From: Candidatus Bathyarchaeota archaeon
Lineage (GTDB): Archaea; Thermoproteota; Bathyarchaeia; Bathyarchaeales; Bathycorpusculaceae
Direction of reading: 5' to 3'
DNA: 64,000 nt
NCBI GenBank assembly: GCA_963828195.1
Contig: CAWHDT010000005.1
Span: forward strand, 480,001 to 544,000
Of this stretch, positions 45,616 to 56,055 are shown piece by piece (position 1 is the first letter of the stretch; the number at the start of each line of letters is the position of its first letter). A program made the translations under genes and the position numbers. The notes beneath the pieces are model-generated. The model saw only the letters and a list, made by a program, of their open reading frames with translations. It did no database searches and was not told the origin of the DNA.

Positions 45616-46962
45616 TTGGAGTACATAATCATCGCTGCAGTTGCTGTCTTTGCGGTGACGCTGTTTTTGATGATTAAGCGCCCGTTTGGTTTGCGACTGG
45701 GTTACGCGGCTGGAATCGGGGCGGCGGCTTCGCTTTTGCTTGGCACGGTTAGTTTGGGGCAGGCGGCGCAGTCTTTCCTCAATATTTGGGATGCAGCTTT
45801 GGCGTTTTTGGGCATTGTGGCGTTGTCGGTTACGTTGGATGCTATGGGTTTCTTCAGGTGGGCAGCCTTGCGAGTTGTGAAGTTGGCGGGTGGCAGTGGG
45901 CTGCGTCTTTTCTTTTATGTTTCTTTGTTGACTGCGGCGGTAAGTATTCTTTTTGCGAATGACAGCGCAGTTTTGATTTTGACGCCTATAGTTTTGGAGA
46001 TTGTAACTTGTTTAGGCATGGATTATAAGGGGAAGCTTGCATACCTGTTCAGCGCAGGCTTAATGGCTGACACCGCAGCTATGCCGCTAATCACAAGCAA
46101 CCCTATCAACATTTTAAGCGCTGATTTTTTCAAGTACACTTTCGTTGACCACCTGATTTTCATGGGTCCAGTGGCGGTTGCCGTTACCCTCGTCAGTTTA
46201 TTGTTGTTTTACTTGTTTTTTAGAAAACAAATCCCCAAAGCTTACGACATGGAAGCTGCAGACGCGTTAACTGCGGGTAAACCCGTGATTTCGCCGTTTT
46301 TGCTCAGGGTAAGTCTGGCTGCGCTTGTAGCTATTGATGTAGGCTATGTATTGACGTCTTTGAACCGGTTCCCCGTTTCAATTGTGATTTGCAGCGGTGC
46401 AGCGTTTCTGGTGGTGGTTTACTGGTTTTCGCTGAAGTGGAATGGGTCGGTTAACGGCCAAAAGAAAGGACTCATTGGCTTGGCAAAAGACATCAACTGG
46501 GACATTGTACTGTTTATGTTTAGCATCTTCCTTGTCGTTCAAGGATTAGAAACAGCCGGAGTCACAAACCTATTAGCTTCTGTCCTCTTGGCCACTAGCA
46601 AGTTTCCATCTGTGCTGGGAATTTTTGCTCCAAGCATGGTTATAACCGTTGGAGCAAGCTTCATGAATAATTGGCCCATGACAATTCTCGGATTGCTTAG
46701 CATCCAGCACATTGGAGCGACTGGAACAGCCCTGACAGGACTGATTTTCAGCAACATCATCGGAAACAACCTGGGACCCCACTTTTTCCCACTGGGCTCA
46801 CTCGCGATTGTGATATGGCTGGAAACGATGAAGCGCAAAGGCGTAACCATTAGCCTTAAAGAGTACCTAAAAATTGGCGCAGTCTTGTCGATAGCGCAAG
46901 TTGCAATCGCATCGACTGTACTGTGGGCTGAATTAAGTATGGGCTTACACTTGATTGTTTAA
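45616..46962 (+). CDS. ArsB/NhaD-family (ion transporter superfamily) permease
   Basis: FANDSAVLILTPIV, PLITSNPINI, MNNWP and LGP..P.GSLA motifs. Confidence 0.88.
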   Translation: MEYIIIAAVAVFAVTLFLMIKRPFGLRLGYAAGIGAAASLLLGTVSLGQAAQSFLNIWDAALAFLGIVALSVTLDAMGFFRWAALRVVKLAGGSGLRLFFYVSLLTAAVSILFANDSAVLILTPIVLEIVTCLGMDYKGKLAYLFSAGLMADTAAMPLITSNPINILSADFFKYTFVDHLIFMGPVAVAVTLVSLLLFYLFFRKQIPKAYDMEAADALTAGKPVISPFLLRVSLAALVAIDVGYVLTSLNRFPVSIVICSGAAFLVVVYWFSLKWNGSVNGQKKGLIGLAKDINWDIVLFMFSIFLVVQGLETAGVTNLLASVLLATSKFPSVLGIFAPSMVITVGASFMNNWPMTILGLLSIQHIGATGTALTGLIFSNIIGNNLGPHFFPLGSLAIVIWLETMKRKGVTISLKEYLKIGAVLSIAQVAIASTVLWAELSMGLHLIV

Positions 46963-47988
46963 TGTGCTAAGTATTTCCCTGTAGGCCTTTAATGCTTCAT
47001 CTTCGCTTTGAACGTTTTTTATCAGCATGCGTCCGCCGTTAAACAAGCTGACTTTATAGGTTTTGTAGTTGAACATGAGGGCTAAACGTGACTTCAAACG
47101 AACCTTAAACTGCTTGTTTACCGTGGGGTAAACTTCCTCAAGGTTTAGTTTGAGCGGTTTTTCTGGGTTGATGTTTGCTGTGTCTTTGCCGCAGAGCCAA
47201 ACCAGCCGTTCCCCGCCAGCAACCGAAGATAAGCCGCCGTGGCAGACTGGGCAGCGCGTGCTTTTCGAGATATCTATGCTTGTGAAATCCATGTCGCTGA
47301 AGTCACAGACAAGCAGTTTGCCCTTCAATGTTGAGCCGATTCCCGCTAAGAGTTTTATTGTTTCCATGGCTTGCAGAGACCCGATTATTCCAGTTGTTGC
47401 GCCGAGGACTCCGCGGGTGTTGCATGTTAGTAAATCTGCGTCGGAGAGGTTAGGCATCAGACATTCCAGGCAGCCGGTTTCGGGCGGAGCAAACACGGAG
47501 AGGTTGCCTTCGATGCCGATCGCTGCGCCGAAAACATATGGAATTTTCAGTTTCACGCAGGCACGATTAACGAGGTAACGAGTCACCATATTATCTAAAC
47601 CGTCAACAACGCAATCCACGCCGTCTAAAAGCCCCATGACGTTGCTTGCGTTCACATTTTCTGGAATCGCCTCAGCTTTCACGAGCGGGTTAAGTTTTTC
47701 CAGTTTTTTTGCGGCAACCTCTGTTTTGGGATAATGCAAGTCTTCAGCGTTGTAGAGGATTTGCCTGTGCAGGTTGTGGGTTTCTATGGTGTCTTGGTCG
47801 ATTAAGCGTATGTGGCCTACGCCCGCCAACGCAAGGTAGAGTGAAGAAACCGTTCCTAAGCCGCCTGCGCCGACGACTGCAACTTTTGATTTGGCTAGTT
47901 GCTGTTGACCCTTTTCGCCGAGTTCTTTTAGTATTGTTTGGCGACTGTAGAATTCTTTAGCGAAAGCTCTCTTTTGCGCCGCATCCAC
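46945..47988 (-). CDS. moeB: ThiF/MoeB/UbaA E1-like adenylyltransferase with C-terminal domain
   Basis: YSRQ, GAGGLG, NLHRQ, CLEC, TC...GV and CPVC motifs. Confidence 0.9.
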   Translation of the reverse strand: MDAAQKRAFAKEFYSRQTILKELGEKGQQQLAKSKVAVVGAGGLGTVSSLYLALAGVGHIRLIDQDTIETHNLHRQILYNAEDLHYPKTEVAAKKLEKLNPLVKAEAIPENVNASNVMGLLDGVDCVVDGLDNMVTRYLVNRACVKLKIPYVFGAAIGIEGNLSVFAPPETGCLECLMPNLSDADLLTCNTRGVLGATTGIIGSLQAMETIKLLAGIGSTLKGKLLVCDFSDMDFTSIDISKSTRCPVCHGGLSSVAGGERLVWLCGKDTANINPEKPLKLNLEEVYPTVNKQFKVRLKSRLALMFNYKTYKVSLFNGGRMLIKNVQSEDEALKAYREILSTLNNQV

Positions 47989-48183
47989 TTTAACCAGTCC
48001 TCAGAGTGAAGTGTTGTTATTCTATCTTATATTTTGCCTTTATTTCAAAATGAATCAAGAGTTTTGAGTGGGGTTTGTGGTTGTTCGCTTTGTTAAGTTG
48101 GAAGGAAATGCGGTGTTTTTTGGGAAAATGTTTATAGGCAAAGCTACTACCTTTGATAGTAGCTGACAAAGAAAGAAAAAAAT

Positions 48184-48365
48184 AGCTGCAACCAAGGCAA
48201 AAGCCGCCTCCACAAACGGAACAAACAAGCCGATGAATCAATTCTCCTTTCCACCGGCTTGAAAAACCGCTAGCCCCTTCTCAGTGGAGGCGGCGAAGCT
48301 CCCAGCCCCGAAAAGAACCGAGTTTTCAATGGCGAAAACAGTTGACGTCTGGGGCATTATTGGGG
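48184..48365. ncRNA. Candidate structured non-coding RNA (unassigned family)
   Basis: Nested stems GCCGCCTCCAC/GTGGAGGCGGC (48203-48213/48284-48294) and CAAGCCG/CGGCTTG, followed by GCCCC/GGGGC. TATA-like TTTATA at ~48131. Confidence 0.5.
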
Positions 48366-48377
48366 TTTGAGGAATGG

Positions 48378-50072
48378 CTATGTTTCTTGGAATTTACCTT
48401 TAATCTTGAACTGCCTTTCATATATGCCTCTGACTTTGTCGATTGTATCTGCTTCCCGGGGCGTTTTGTCGTCCCTTATCCTACTTATGCGGGCAAACCG
48501 CAGTGCCATTTGGCTTTTGTATTTGGGACTTCTCTGAATCTCGTTATAAAGTACCTCGACAACGATTTTGGGGATAACTATCACTCGGTGTCCGCTTTGC
48601 CCGACGGCATACTGCTTTAACTGCTTGGTCATTTCGATGATTTCTGCGTCGGTTAAGCCCTTGAAGGTTTTGCCAACATTCAAAAACTCGTCTGTCTGGG
48701 GGTCTCTTGCCCCAAGATAGTAGTCGGAAAGCCAACCTTTCCGTCTGCCATAACCGTATTCTGCAGCGGTTATAACAAGGTCTAAGGGTTCAAGAACCAT
48801 TTTTATTTTGAGCCACTTTTTGCCCCGTCTTCCAGGGGTGTACGGGCTGTCGATTTTTTTCGCCATCAGCCCTTCGTGCCCAGCATCTATTGCTTCCTTA
48901 AGAAAAGCCTCTGCTTCCCCGATTTCTTCAGTGACCATTTGTTTTGACAGGGGAATTTCCTCTGCAGTCTGTGCCAGGATTTGCCTGCGCTGCATGTAGG
49001 GCTTCGCGATGAGGCTTTCACCGTTAAGGTAGAGAACATCAAAAAGGTAAAGCGTTAAAGGGATTCTCTGCGCCGTGCTCTTGACGTCGCGGGTTCGTTT
49101 GAATCGGCGCATTAAATGTTGAAATGCGATGGGGTAGCCGGCGCTGTCGAGTGCAACGACTTCGCCTTCAATGATAGCTGACTGAGCGTCGAGGTTCCGT
49201 TTTACAGCTTCAACGATTTCTGGCAAACTCATCGTCACGTTAGTTAGTCTTCGGCTGAAAATCTCCACGTGACCGTTCTGCAAATGAATTTGAACCCTTG
49301 CCCCGTCGTACTTGTATTCGAAGGCGGTTTTGCATCTTTGCTCGGTCAATGCTTCTTTTACTGTTTGAGCTGTTTGGGCGAGCATAAGTTTTACTGGTCT
49401 AAAAACGCTGAAGCCTGCTTTTTCCAAGCCGACTACGCCATGGGTTTTCAGCATTTTGGATACTTCACCTATATCGCCAAGAACCATGCTTGCGTGCTGA
49501 ACCTTCTGGACAGGAACGTCGAAGGCGCTTGCAACTGCTTGCTCCATTAAGCCTTCCTGCAGACCCGTCCGCATCTCCCCAGTGAAGATTTTGACGAGGT
49601 ACTTCGCTTCAGCTGGGGTTGCTTGGCTGAGCAGAGCGGTGATTAGGCGTTCTTTTTTGGTTCGGGAACGGGCGCCTGAGGTTTGGGCGATGGCTTCGAA
49701 TGCTCGCCTGACTTCAGTTATGGTTAACGACCGTTCTGTGAGCTGGGTTTGCTTTTTCGCTTTTGCTTGCTCCAGAACTGCTCTGGTGGCTGAGCCTATG
49801 TCGCCTGTACCTGCCATGGCTTCTTGGAAACGGTTCCAGTCAAACTCGCTTATGCGTTCAAAAACTCGGGTTAGAGTTGACCAGTTTACATCCAGCGATT
49901 TTTGGCCGTATTTTGGGAATGCTCTACCAACCATCATGTTTGTGGCGGGCTCAATCTCTTCCGGGCTGAGCGTTTTCAGGTAGTTCGCCGTTAAATCTAT
50001 GATTTCAAGCCGTTTCTTCGTAGCTTCGACCTTTTCAAGCAATTCGGAGAGGGATTTGAAAGATGCAGGCAT
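48378..50072 (-). CDS. lig: ATP-dependent DNA ligase
   Basis: EYKYDGAR, EGLMAK, YTPGRR.K.WLK.K and LRFARI.R.RDDK motifs. Confidence 0.96.
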   Translation of the reverse strand: MPASFKSLSELLEKVEATKKRLEIIDLTANYLKTLSPEEIEPATNMMVGRAFPKYGQKSLDVNWSTLTRVFERISEFDWNRFQEAMAGTGDIGSATRAVLEQAKAKKQTQLTERSLTITEVRRAFEAIAQTSGARSRTKKERLITALLSQATPAEAKYLVKIFTGEMRTGLQEGLMEQAVASAFDVPVQKVQHASMVLGDIGEVSKMLKTHGVVGLEKAGFSVFRPVKLMLAQTAQTVKEALTEQRCKTAFEYKYDGARVQIHLQNGHVEIFSRRLTNVTMSLPEIVEAVKRNLDAQSAIIEGEVVALDSAGYPIAFQHLMRRFKRTRDVKSTAQRIPLTLYLFDVLYLNGESLIAKPYMQRRQILAQTAEEIPLSKQMVTEEIGEAEAFLKEAIDAGHEGLMAKKIDSPYTPGRRGKKWLKIKMVLEPLDLVITAAEYGYGRRKGWLSDYYLGARDPQTDEFLNVGKTFKGLTDAEIIEMTKQLKQYAVGQSGHRVIVIPKIVVEVLYNEIQRSPKYKSQMALRFARISRIRDDKTPREADTIDKVRGIYERQFKIKGKFQET

Positions 50073-50193
50073 AGTTTGAACCGAAAAACGTGGCTAATAA
50101 AATATGCATCTAGGCTGCTTATTAATGCATTTTTGCAAAATAAGAAAGAGGTTTTGCAAGGAAAAAAGGTAATCTAGCAGATAGCTGAGGCGA

Positions 50194-50598
50194 TTAGGAA
50201 AATACTGAAAACGTTGATTCACCTTCGGGTTCCTTTTGTTTATCGTTGAATTCCTTAATTTTCTTGTCGAGTTCTTCTACTTCTTTGGTGTTGCCCAGCG
50301 TTTTTTGGCAGTCCCTTGCCTGCTCAAGTGCACTAACCCCATATCTGTCAAATGCCTTGCTAAACGAGATATCCGCCGATTTCATGAAAAACTCAGCGCC
50401 TTTTTTGCAGTCTTTGAGAGCAACAGCAGCTTCACCAGCTTTATAATTCATTTCCGCGGAGCCAAAATAGTTCTGTCCTTTATAGTAGAGCTCAGCAGTT
50501 TTGGCAAAGAGGTCTCTTGCTTCCTCAAACTTGCCATTTTCCATCAATGAAATGGCTTCTTTATGCATTTTGATTGGGTCTTCTCTTACGCTCATCAA
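50194..50598 (-). CDS. TPR/SNAP-like helical repeat protein
   Basis: Repeated A..Y.KA.E helical pattern. Confidence 0.7.
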   Translation of the reverse strand: MMSVREDPIKMHKEAISLMENGKFEEARDLFAKTAELYYKGQNYFGSAEMNYKAGEAAVALKDCKKGAEFFMKSADISFSKAFDRYGVSALEQARDCQKTLGNTKEVEELDKKIKEFNDKQKEPEGESTFSVFS

Positions 50599-50881
50599 CT
50601 ATTCACCTATCGTCATTATTTTGCGATGAACTCCCATTTAGATTTTCCCCTTTGGAAAGTTACTCTTAAAAAGCGAATGGAAAATTTTATGGCGAGCACC
50701 CCTGATTGGGTACTCTTAAGGCACTCTTAACTACAGAAGTTAAAAAAAATAATGTCTGATGTCGTTACTTTCTGAAAGGTTCGGCGCGCATTGATCAATA
50801 AGTTTCTTCACAGAAATGCGTTAGTTCAAGAGAAACGGTTTTTATCTATCCTTGGGCACTATTAATATGGAAATTAATTGA

Positions 50882-51688
50882 GTGGTTGACATAATGCATT
50901 CTCTAAAAATTGTTGTTACAACTTTTTTGGTATTAACGATTTTAGCTGGGGTCGGAACCAGTTTTGCGCTCACATCTGGGCCTTCTAGCGGTTATGTACA
51001 ATACCAGGTTGTTGCAAGCGGCAACAATAGCTACTTCCAGCCTGTCAGCGGCATCATAAACGAGACCGTCCAACCCACTGGACAAACGGGATTTGTAAAC
51101 CTCATACTAGGCATATCCTCAACAGCGGCAAATCTTACCTACGCTAAAGATGTGAACACTACTTCTCTGCCAGAAATCTTCCCGTACTTGCCTATCACAA
51201 CAAACGAGTCGATATCATATCAAACTCAAGGATTCTCCATCAGCGCAAACCTAATTAATGCAGGCCAGACGTCAGTCACCTTTAACGGCGCCGCGTACCA
51301 AGCGACAGAGTCTTTAATCGCCTTCTCAGCGGTAAACTCCTCCAATGCCCTGTCTTTTTCAGGAAATGGCACCATAATCACTATGCCGTCGGGTTTAATT
51401 GACACGGCTCAACTATCGCTGAACCAAACAGCCTCGATTAATGTGACCCTCTTATCGACAAATCTTTCCCTTAGCGCCCCAGCTAGTAAAATAAACCCTG
51501 TTGGAGCCTCTGTGCTTGGCATAGCTTTGGCAGCGGCTGTTGCAATTGCAGCCCCAACGATATACACGAGAGAGAAAAAGAAAAAACACGAAGAGCAAAC
51601 TCGGGAAAATAAAAATGAAAAAAGCCAAGAAAGCGATGCAAAACAAGAAAACGAGGACGAGAATAAGCCGTCTTACTGGGTTGACTAA
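50882..51688 (+). CDS. Secreted, membrane-anchored glycoprotein-like protein
   Basis: Signal peptide, many NxS/T sequons, C-terminal TM and charged tail ending PSYWVD. Confidence 0.75.
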   Translation: MVDIMHSLKIVVTTFLVLTILAGVGTSFALTSGPSSGYVQYQVVASGNNSYFQPVSGIINETVQPTGQTGFVNLILGISSTAANLTYAKDVNTTSLPEIFPYLPITTNESISYQTQGFSISANLINAGQTSVTFNGAAYQATESLIAFSAVNSSNALSFSGNGTIITMPSGLIDTAQLSLNQTASINVTLLSTNLSLSAPASKINPVGASVLGIALAAAVAIAAPTIYTREKKKKHEEQTRENKNEKSQESDAKQENEDENKPSYWVD

Positions 51689-51787
51689 CGTTGAGTAATG
51701 CGAAAAACGGTTATTTAGCAACAAACATGAAGGCTTAGGTGAGCTGGCACGGCTAACTCTTCAGCGGTAATTGAGCTCAATGAAGCG

Positions 51788-52723
51788 GTGAAAGATTATG
51801 GCGGCAACAGACGGATTGGCCCAGTAAATCTCACGATTGGAAAAGGGGAGATCGTGGGGTTTCTCGGTCCTAACGGGTCAGGTAAAACAACTTGCATTAG
51901 GCTGATCTTAGGTTTAATGAGGTCGAGCTCGGGCACAGTGAAAGTCAACGGATTTGACCCAATCGCCAATCATGTTGAGGCTTTAAGGCATGTGGCGTAT
52001 TCTCCTGAGTTGCCTAATATTCAGACTTTTCTGAGCCCAAGAGAGCTTCTAAACTTGATTTCTCACGAACTCTATTTCCCAGATAACGCAAACAGGAAGA
52101 GCGAGATAGATAAAGTGATTGAACTAGTCGGGTTACATGACTACGCAGATACGAAGGTTGGCAAACTAAGTAAAGGTATGATTCAAAGGCTGAGCGTCGC
52201 CCAAGCATTGGTTGGCTCCCCTGAAACTTTGATTCTGGATGAACCGATGATCGGTTTAGATCCTGCGGGGGTAGCTCATTTTAGGGATGTTTTCCGAGAC
52301 TTCGCATCCAACGGGAAAGGTACAGTCTTCATGTCCTCGCATATTATGAGCGAAGTAGAGTCGCTTTGTACTTCTGTCGCGATGATTCACCATGGGAAAA
52401 TACTGTTCAAAGGGTCAGCAGACGAAGTGGTGGGAAAAGTTTTGGATTACTCTCTTGTTGAATTAGAGACTAGCCCCTTAACGCCTCTAACGGTTCAACA
52501 ATTAAAAGAAATTCCTGGGATAACCCAAATTAACATAGCCGATAAAAAAGATAAAGTCGCTATTGAAATTACAGTTTCTGAGCATCACCAAGACATCAGA
52601 CCAGAAGTCGCCGATATTGTGGTCAAGTCAGGCGCTAAACTCTACACTATCAAGCAGGGCGAAAACATGCTGGAGAGAGCTTACATAGAAGCGCTCAAAC
52701 AGACAAAAGGTGGCAAACCTTGA
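51788..52723 (+). CDS. ABC-2 exporter ATP-binding subunit
   Basis: GPNGSGKTT, LSKGM, ILDEP and SSH motifs. Confidence 0.92.
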   Translation: MKDYGGNRRIGPVNLTIGKGEIVGFLGPNGSGKTTCIRLILGLMRSSSGTVKVNGFDPIANHVEALRHVAYSPELPNIQTFLSPRELLNLISHELYFPDNANRKSEIDKVIELVGLHDYADTKVGKLSKGMIQRLSVAQALVGSPETLILDEPMIGLDPAGVAHFRDVFRDFASNGKGTVFMSSHIMSEVESLCTSVAMIHHGKILFKGSADEVVGKVLDYSLVELETSPLTPLTVQQLKEIPGITQINIADKKDKVAIEITVSEHHQDIRPEVADIVVKSGAKLYTIKQGENMLERAYIEALKQTKGGKP

Positions 52724-53580
52724 AACGCCCCGAAGTCATTTTCACTTTCGCTCGGTACGAAATCAAGCGTGCCATAGCGCGAAAAAAAGTTTTGGCTCTT
52801 GTTGCGTTCACGATACTTTTGACTGTGCTTCCATATTACGCGTTGTCGCAAGCAGGAACCAGCCTGATCCCCGCTTCCATCGCCTCATCGGTTGATCCGT
52901 ACCTTTGGGTTTTTGCGGTGATCTTGGTGGGTCCTCTCTTCTTGAACTTTACCGCAATCTTGATAGCTGCAGGTTCAATGTCGGAGGAATACGAGCAGGG
53001 CACTGCCGAACTTCTTTTGTCAAAGCCAGTTAGACGAAGTGACTACATCACAGGTAAATTCCTAGGTGGATATCTTCTGTTTCTTTTTATTCTTACTTTA
53101 ACCATTGTCCTGTCTATTGCTTCGGCGTTCACTTTTTTCGGCGTCCAAAAAGACCTCTACTTAATTCCAGGATTATTCATAGCTCAAGCCTTTAGTTCAC
53201 TACTATTTTTTTCTTTAGCGTTCATGCTTGGAGAACTAATCAGGCGCTCTTCCCTTGCTTACATTTTCTCGTCAGCGATTTTCTTTTCAAGTTACATTAT
53301 AAGCGTTTTTTTGGATGCAATCTTTAGGGCTACAGGCAAAGTAGTTTATAAAACCGTTCAGATGTATCTTCCATCTTCAGCCGCAGGTTCGCTTCCCTCT
53401 CAATATGCTTTGCCGAGGCTTCCCACGGCTCTGTCAACAGCCCTTACCTTCATCAACACTTCAACCATCCGGCCCACAATTAGCTTCTCAATCGAAATCC
53501 TGCTTGTCTACACAATCATAGCATTAACTATTTCAGTAGTCTACTTCTTGCGTGCAGATATTTCAAGAAAACTAAGTTAA
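52720..53580 (+). CDS. ABC-2 exporter permease
   Basis: EYEQGTAELLLSKPVRR...GKF motif and 6 TM helices. Confidence 0.9.
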   Translation: MKRPEVIFTFARYEIKRAIARKKVLALVAFTILLTVLPYYALSQAGTSLIPASIASSVDPYLWVFAVILVGPLFLNFTAILIAAGSMSEEYEQGTAELLLSKPVRRSDYITGKFLGGYLLFLFILTLTIVLSIASAFTFFGVQKDLYLIPGLFIAQAFSSLLFFSLAFMLGELIRRSSLAYIFSSAIFFSSYIISVFLDAIFRATGKVVYKTVQMYLPSSAAGSLPSQYALPRLPTALSTALTFINTSTIRPTISFSIEILLVYTIIALTISVVYFLRADISRKLS

Positions 53581-53686
53581 TTTTTCTTAAAAGCTTATCC
53601 CAATTTAGCACGCTATTTTTTCTCTTCTCACTTCGGCCTTTACCTATGGTATAACATAAAAGCCTGTTTAGGCAACATACCCAAAG

Positions 53687-55084
53687 ATGACCTCAACTCT
53701 CAAATGCATTCACTGCGGCAGTGAATTCCCAGTTTATCCTCTCAGGAGTAACTGTGAAAAATGCGGCGGCACATTGGAGTTTGCAGTTGATTTGCCCGAA
53801 GCTGGAAAATTCAAGTTTTCAGGAGTACAAGGGTTCTGGCGGTACAAAGAGATGATGCCGCCAGTTAAGCACATGGTCAGTTTAGGGGAGGGCGGAACGC
53901 CGTTGCATAGGGCAGAGAGGCTGGCTAAAGCATTTGGGTTAAAAAATCTTTATTTGAAGGATGAAACCCGCAACCCCACAAGCTCGTACAGAGACCGCGC
54001 GGCAGCCCTCTTGACATCAAACGCGATTGACCAGGGTTTTGAGGCGCTGGTCTGCGCAAGTAACGGGAACATGGGCGCTTCTTTAGCTGCTTACGGTGCA
54101 AAAGCAGGATTGATTTGCCACGTCTTGGTTCCCAAAGTTGTGGATGTCGGAAAACTCGCGCAGATGATTGCATACGACGCCGTCATCGAAGAATCAGGCA
54201 CCATTGTGGATGACTCTATTCGCAAAGCGGCGGACTTAGCCAAAGAAACAGGTTGGTACCAAGCTACTGCCGAACTTAACCCGCTCGTGGTTGAAGCCCA
54301 AAAAACCATTGCCTATGAAATAAACGAGCAAGCCCCGATCCCAAACTGGATTGTCGTACCGATGGGAAGTGGCGGAACAATCTATTCGCTTTGGAAAGGC
54401 TTCAAGGAACTCAAGCATCTAGGGCTCGCCGACTCGCTGCCTCGAATGGTTGGGGTTCAAACGGAGGGCTGTGCACCAATAATCAATCAACTTAAAGAAA
54501 ACTCGCCGCTGAAATCGTGTAGCCCGTCCACCCGTGCATTGGCAATACTTGTGGGCGAACCGTTGCAAAGCGACTTAGCCGTGAAAGCAATTCATGAGTC
54601 AAATGGGGTTGCTTTAACCGTTTCAGACAGCGAAATTTTGGCCGCCGAGCTTTTGGTCGCAAAGCTGGAAGGGGTCTTCGCAGAGCCAGCAAGTTCAGCC
54701 GCCGTGGCAGCATTGGAGAAACTGAAAGAAAAAAAGATTTCCAGTGACGACATCGTGGTATCCCTCATTACCGGAAGCGGATTAAAAGCGACTGATGTTT
54801 TGCAAGCGCTGAACAAAAAGCAGAAGACAGCAGGGTTGGGGCTGGCGGTCAGCACTAAGCAGAAGATTCTCAAAATTCTTAGCGAGAAGGACTCTTATGG
54901 CTATGACTTGTGGAAGCAGCTTGGTCAGATTATGACTCGCGCCGCTGTTTATCAGCATCTTAATGAGCTGGCTGAAAGGGGTTTGGTGGTTGGCTATGAG
55001 GAAGGTGGCAAAAGATTTTTCCGGATTACGGAGCGGGGAAGGAAGGTTTTGGCGGCTTTTGACGATATACAGTTGCTTTTGTGA
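53687..55084 (+). CDS. Threonine-synthase-like fold-type II PLP domain (Schiff-base Lys replaced by Arg) fused to a C-terminal PadR-like wHTH
   Basis: N-terminal Zn ribbon, SLGEGGTPL, NPTSSYRDR (canonical NPTGSFKDR), PMGSGG and EPASS. C-terminal ILKILSEKDSYGYDLW..AVYQHLNELAERGLV..FRITERG. Confidence 0.88.
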   Translation: MTSTLKCIHCGSEFPVYPLRSNCEKCGGTLEFAVDLPEAGKFKFSGVQGFWRYKEMMPPVKHMVSLGEGGTPLHRAERLAKAFGLKNLYLKDETRNPTSSYRDRAAALLTSNAIDQGFEALVCASNGNMGASLAAYGAKAGLICHVLVPKVVDVGKLAQMIAYDAVIEESGTIVDDSIRKAADLAKETGWYQATAELNPLVVEAQKTIAYEINEQAPIPNWIVVPMGSGGTIYSLWKGFKELKHLGLADSLPRMVGVQTEGCAPIINQLKENSPLKSCSPSTRALAILVGEPLQSDLAVKAIHESNGVALTVSDSEILAAELLVAKLEGVFAEPASSAAVAALEKLKEKKISSDDIVVSLITGSGLKATDVLQALNKKQKTAGLGLAVSTKQKILKILSEKDSYGYDLWKQLGQIMTRAAVYQHLNELAERGLVVGYEEGGKRFFRITERGRKVLAAFDDIQLLL

Positions 55085-55107
55085 TTGCTGTTCCGTAACG
55101 CTTATTT

Positions 55108-55133
55108 TATAGTATAGCTGCAACTATACTATA
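55108..55133. promoter_or_regulatory. 26-bp palindromic operator candidate over the pdxS promoter
   Basis: TATAGTATAG-ctgcaa-CTATACTATA with perfect 10-bp arms. Overlaps a TATA-like TTTTATA and ends 13 bp before the pdxS ATG. Confidence 0.75.
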
Positions 55134-55146
55134 GACGGGGTTCTGT

Positions 55147-56055
55147 ATGAGCGAAACCAAAAAAATAGTTGAACAAAAAGGAACGGACAGATTAAAAAGA
55201 GGATTCGCCAAAATGGTCAAAGGAGGCGTCGTAATGGACGTTACGAACGCAGAGCAAGCAAAAGTCGCCGAGGCTGCCGGCGCTGTTTCAGTTATGGCTC
55301 TGGAAGCTGTTCCCGCCGACATACGCGCAAGAGGCGGCGTGGCAAGGATGGCTGAGCCAAAAAGAGTGAGAGAAATCATTGCAGCAGTAACCATTCCGGT
55401 TATGGCTAAATGCAGAATAGGTCATATTGCAGAAGCGCAAGTTCTCGAAGCCTTAGGGGCTGACATGGTTGATGAAAGCGAGGTTTTAACTCCAGCAGAT
55501 GAAGATGACCACATCGAAAAAAGAAAGTTCACTCTCCCGTTTGTCTGCGGCGCCAGAAACCTTGGGGAAGCTTTAAGAAGAATAAATGAGGGAGCCGCCA
55601 TGATAAGAACTAAAGGTGAACCAGGAACAGGAAACGTCGTTGAGGCGGTAAGGCACCTTAAACTTATGAACAGAGAAATAGCGGCCTTAAAACGAATGTC
55701 AGACGACCAGTTGACAGAAAAAGCCAAAGAATACTTTGTCCCAATAGAATTAGTTAAAGAGACAAGAGACCTGGGAAGATTACCTGTTGTGAATTTTGCT
55801 GCAGGAGGAATTTCCACGCCGTCTGATGCAGCATTAATGATGCAGTTGGGTGCCGACGGATTATTTGTCGGTTCAGGAGTGTTCAAATCCAAAAATCCGC
55901 AAGCTTACGCAAAAGCAATCGTGGAAGCGGCATTGCATTATGATGACCCAAAGGTTCTCGCCAAAATCTCTGAAGGCTTAGGCGAGCCGATGGATGGGAT
56001 AGATACGTCTAAGATGGAAGAAAAACAAAAAATGCAAACACGGGGAACCAATTGA
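55147..56055 (+). CDS. pdxS: PLP synthase subunit PdxS
   Basis: [30 protein letters not shown] and FAAGG..TP.DAA motifs. Confidence 0.97.
   Translation: MSETKKIVEQKGTDRLKRGFAKMVKGGVVMDVTNAEQAKVAEAAGAVSVMALEAVPADIRARGGVARMAEPKRVREIIAAVTIPVMAKCRIGHIAEAQVLEALGADMVDESEVLTPADEDDHIEKRKFTLPFVCGARNLGEALRRINEGAAMIRTKGEPGTGNVVEAVRHLKLMNREIAALKRMSDDQLTEKAKEYFVPIELVKETRDLGRLPVVNFAAGGISTPSDAALMMQLGADGLFVGSGVFKSKNPQAYAKAIVEAALHYDDPKVLAKISEGLGEPMDGIDTSKMEEKQKMQTRGTN

Noticed and set aside
53687-55084. Annotation as ordinary threonine synthase (thrC)
   Set aside because: The catalytic Lys is Arg and a wHTH is fused, so the symbol is withheld.
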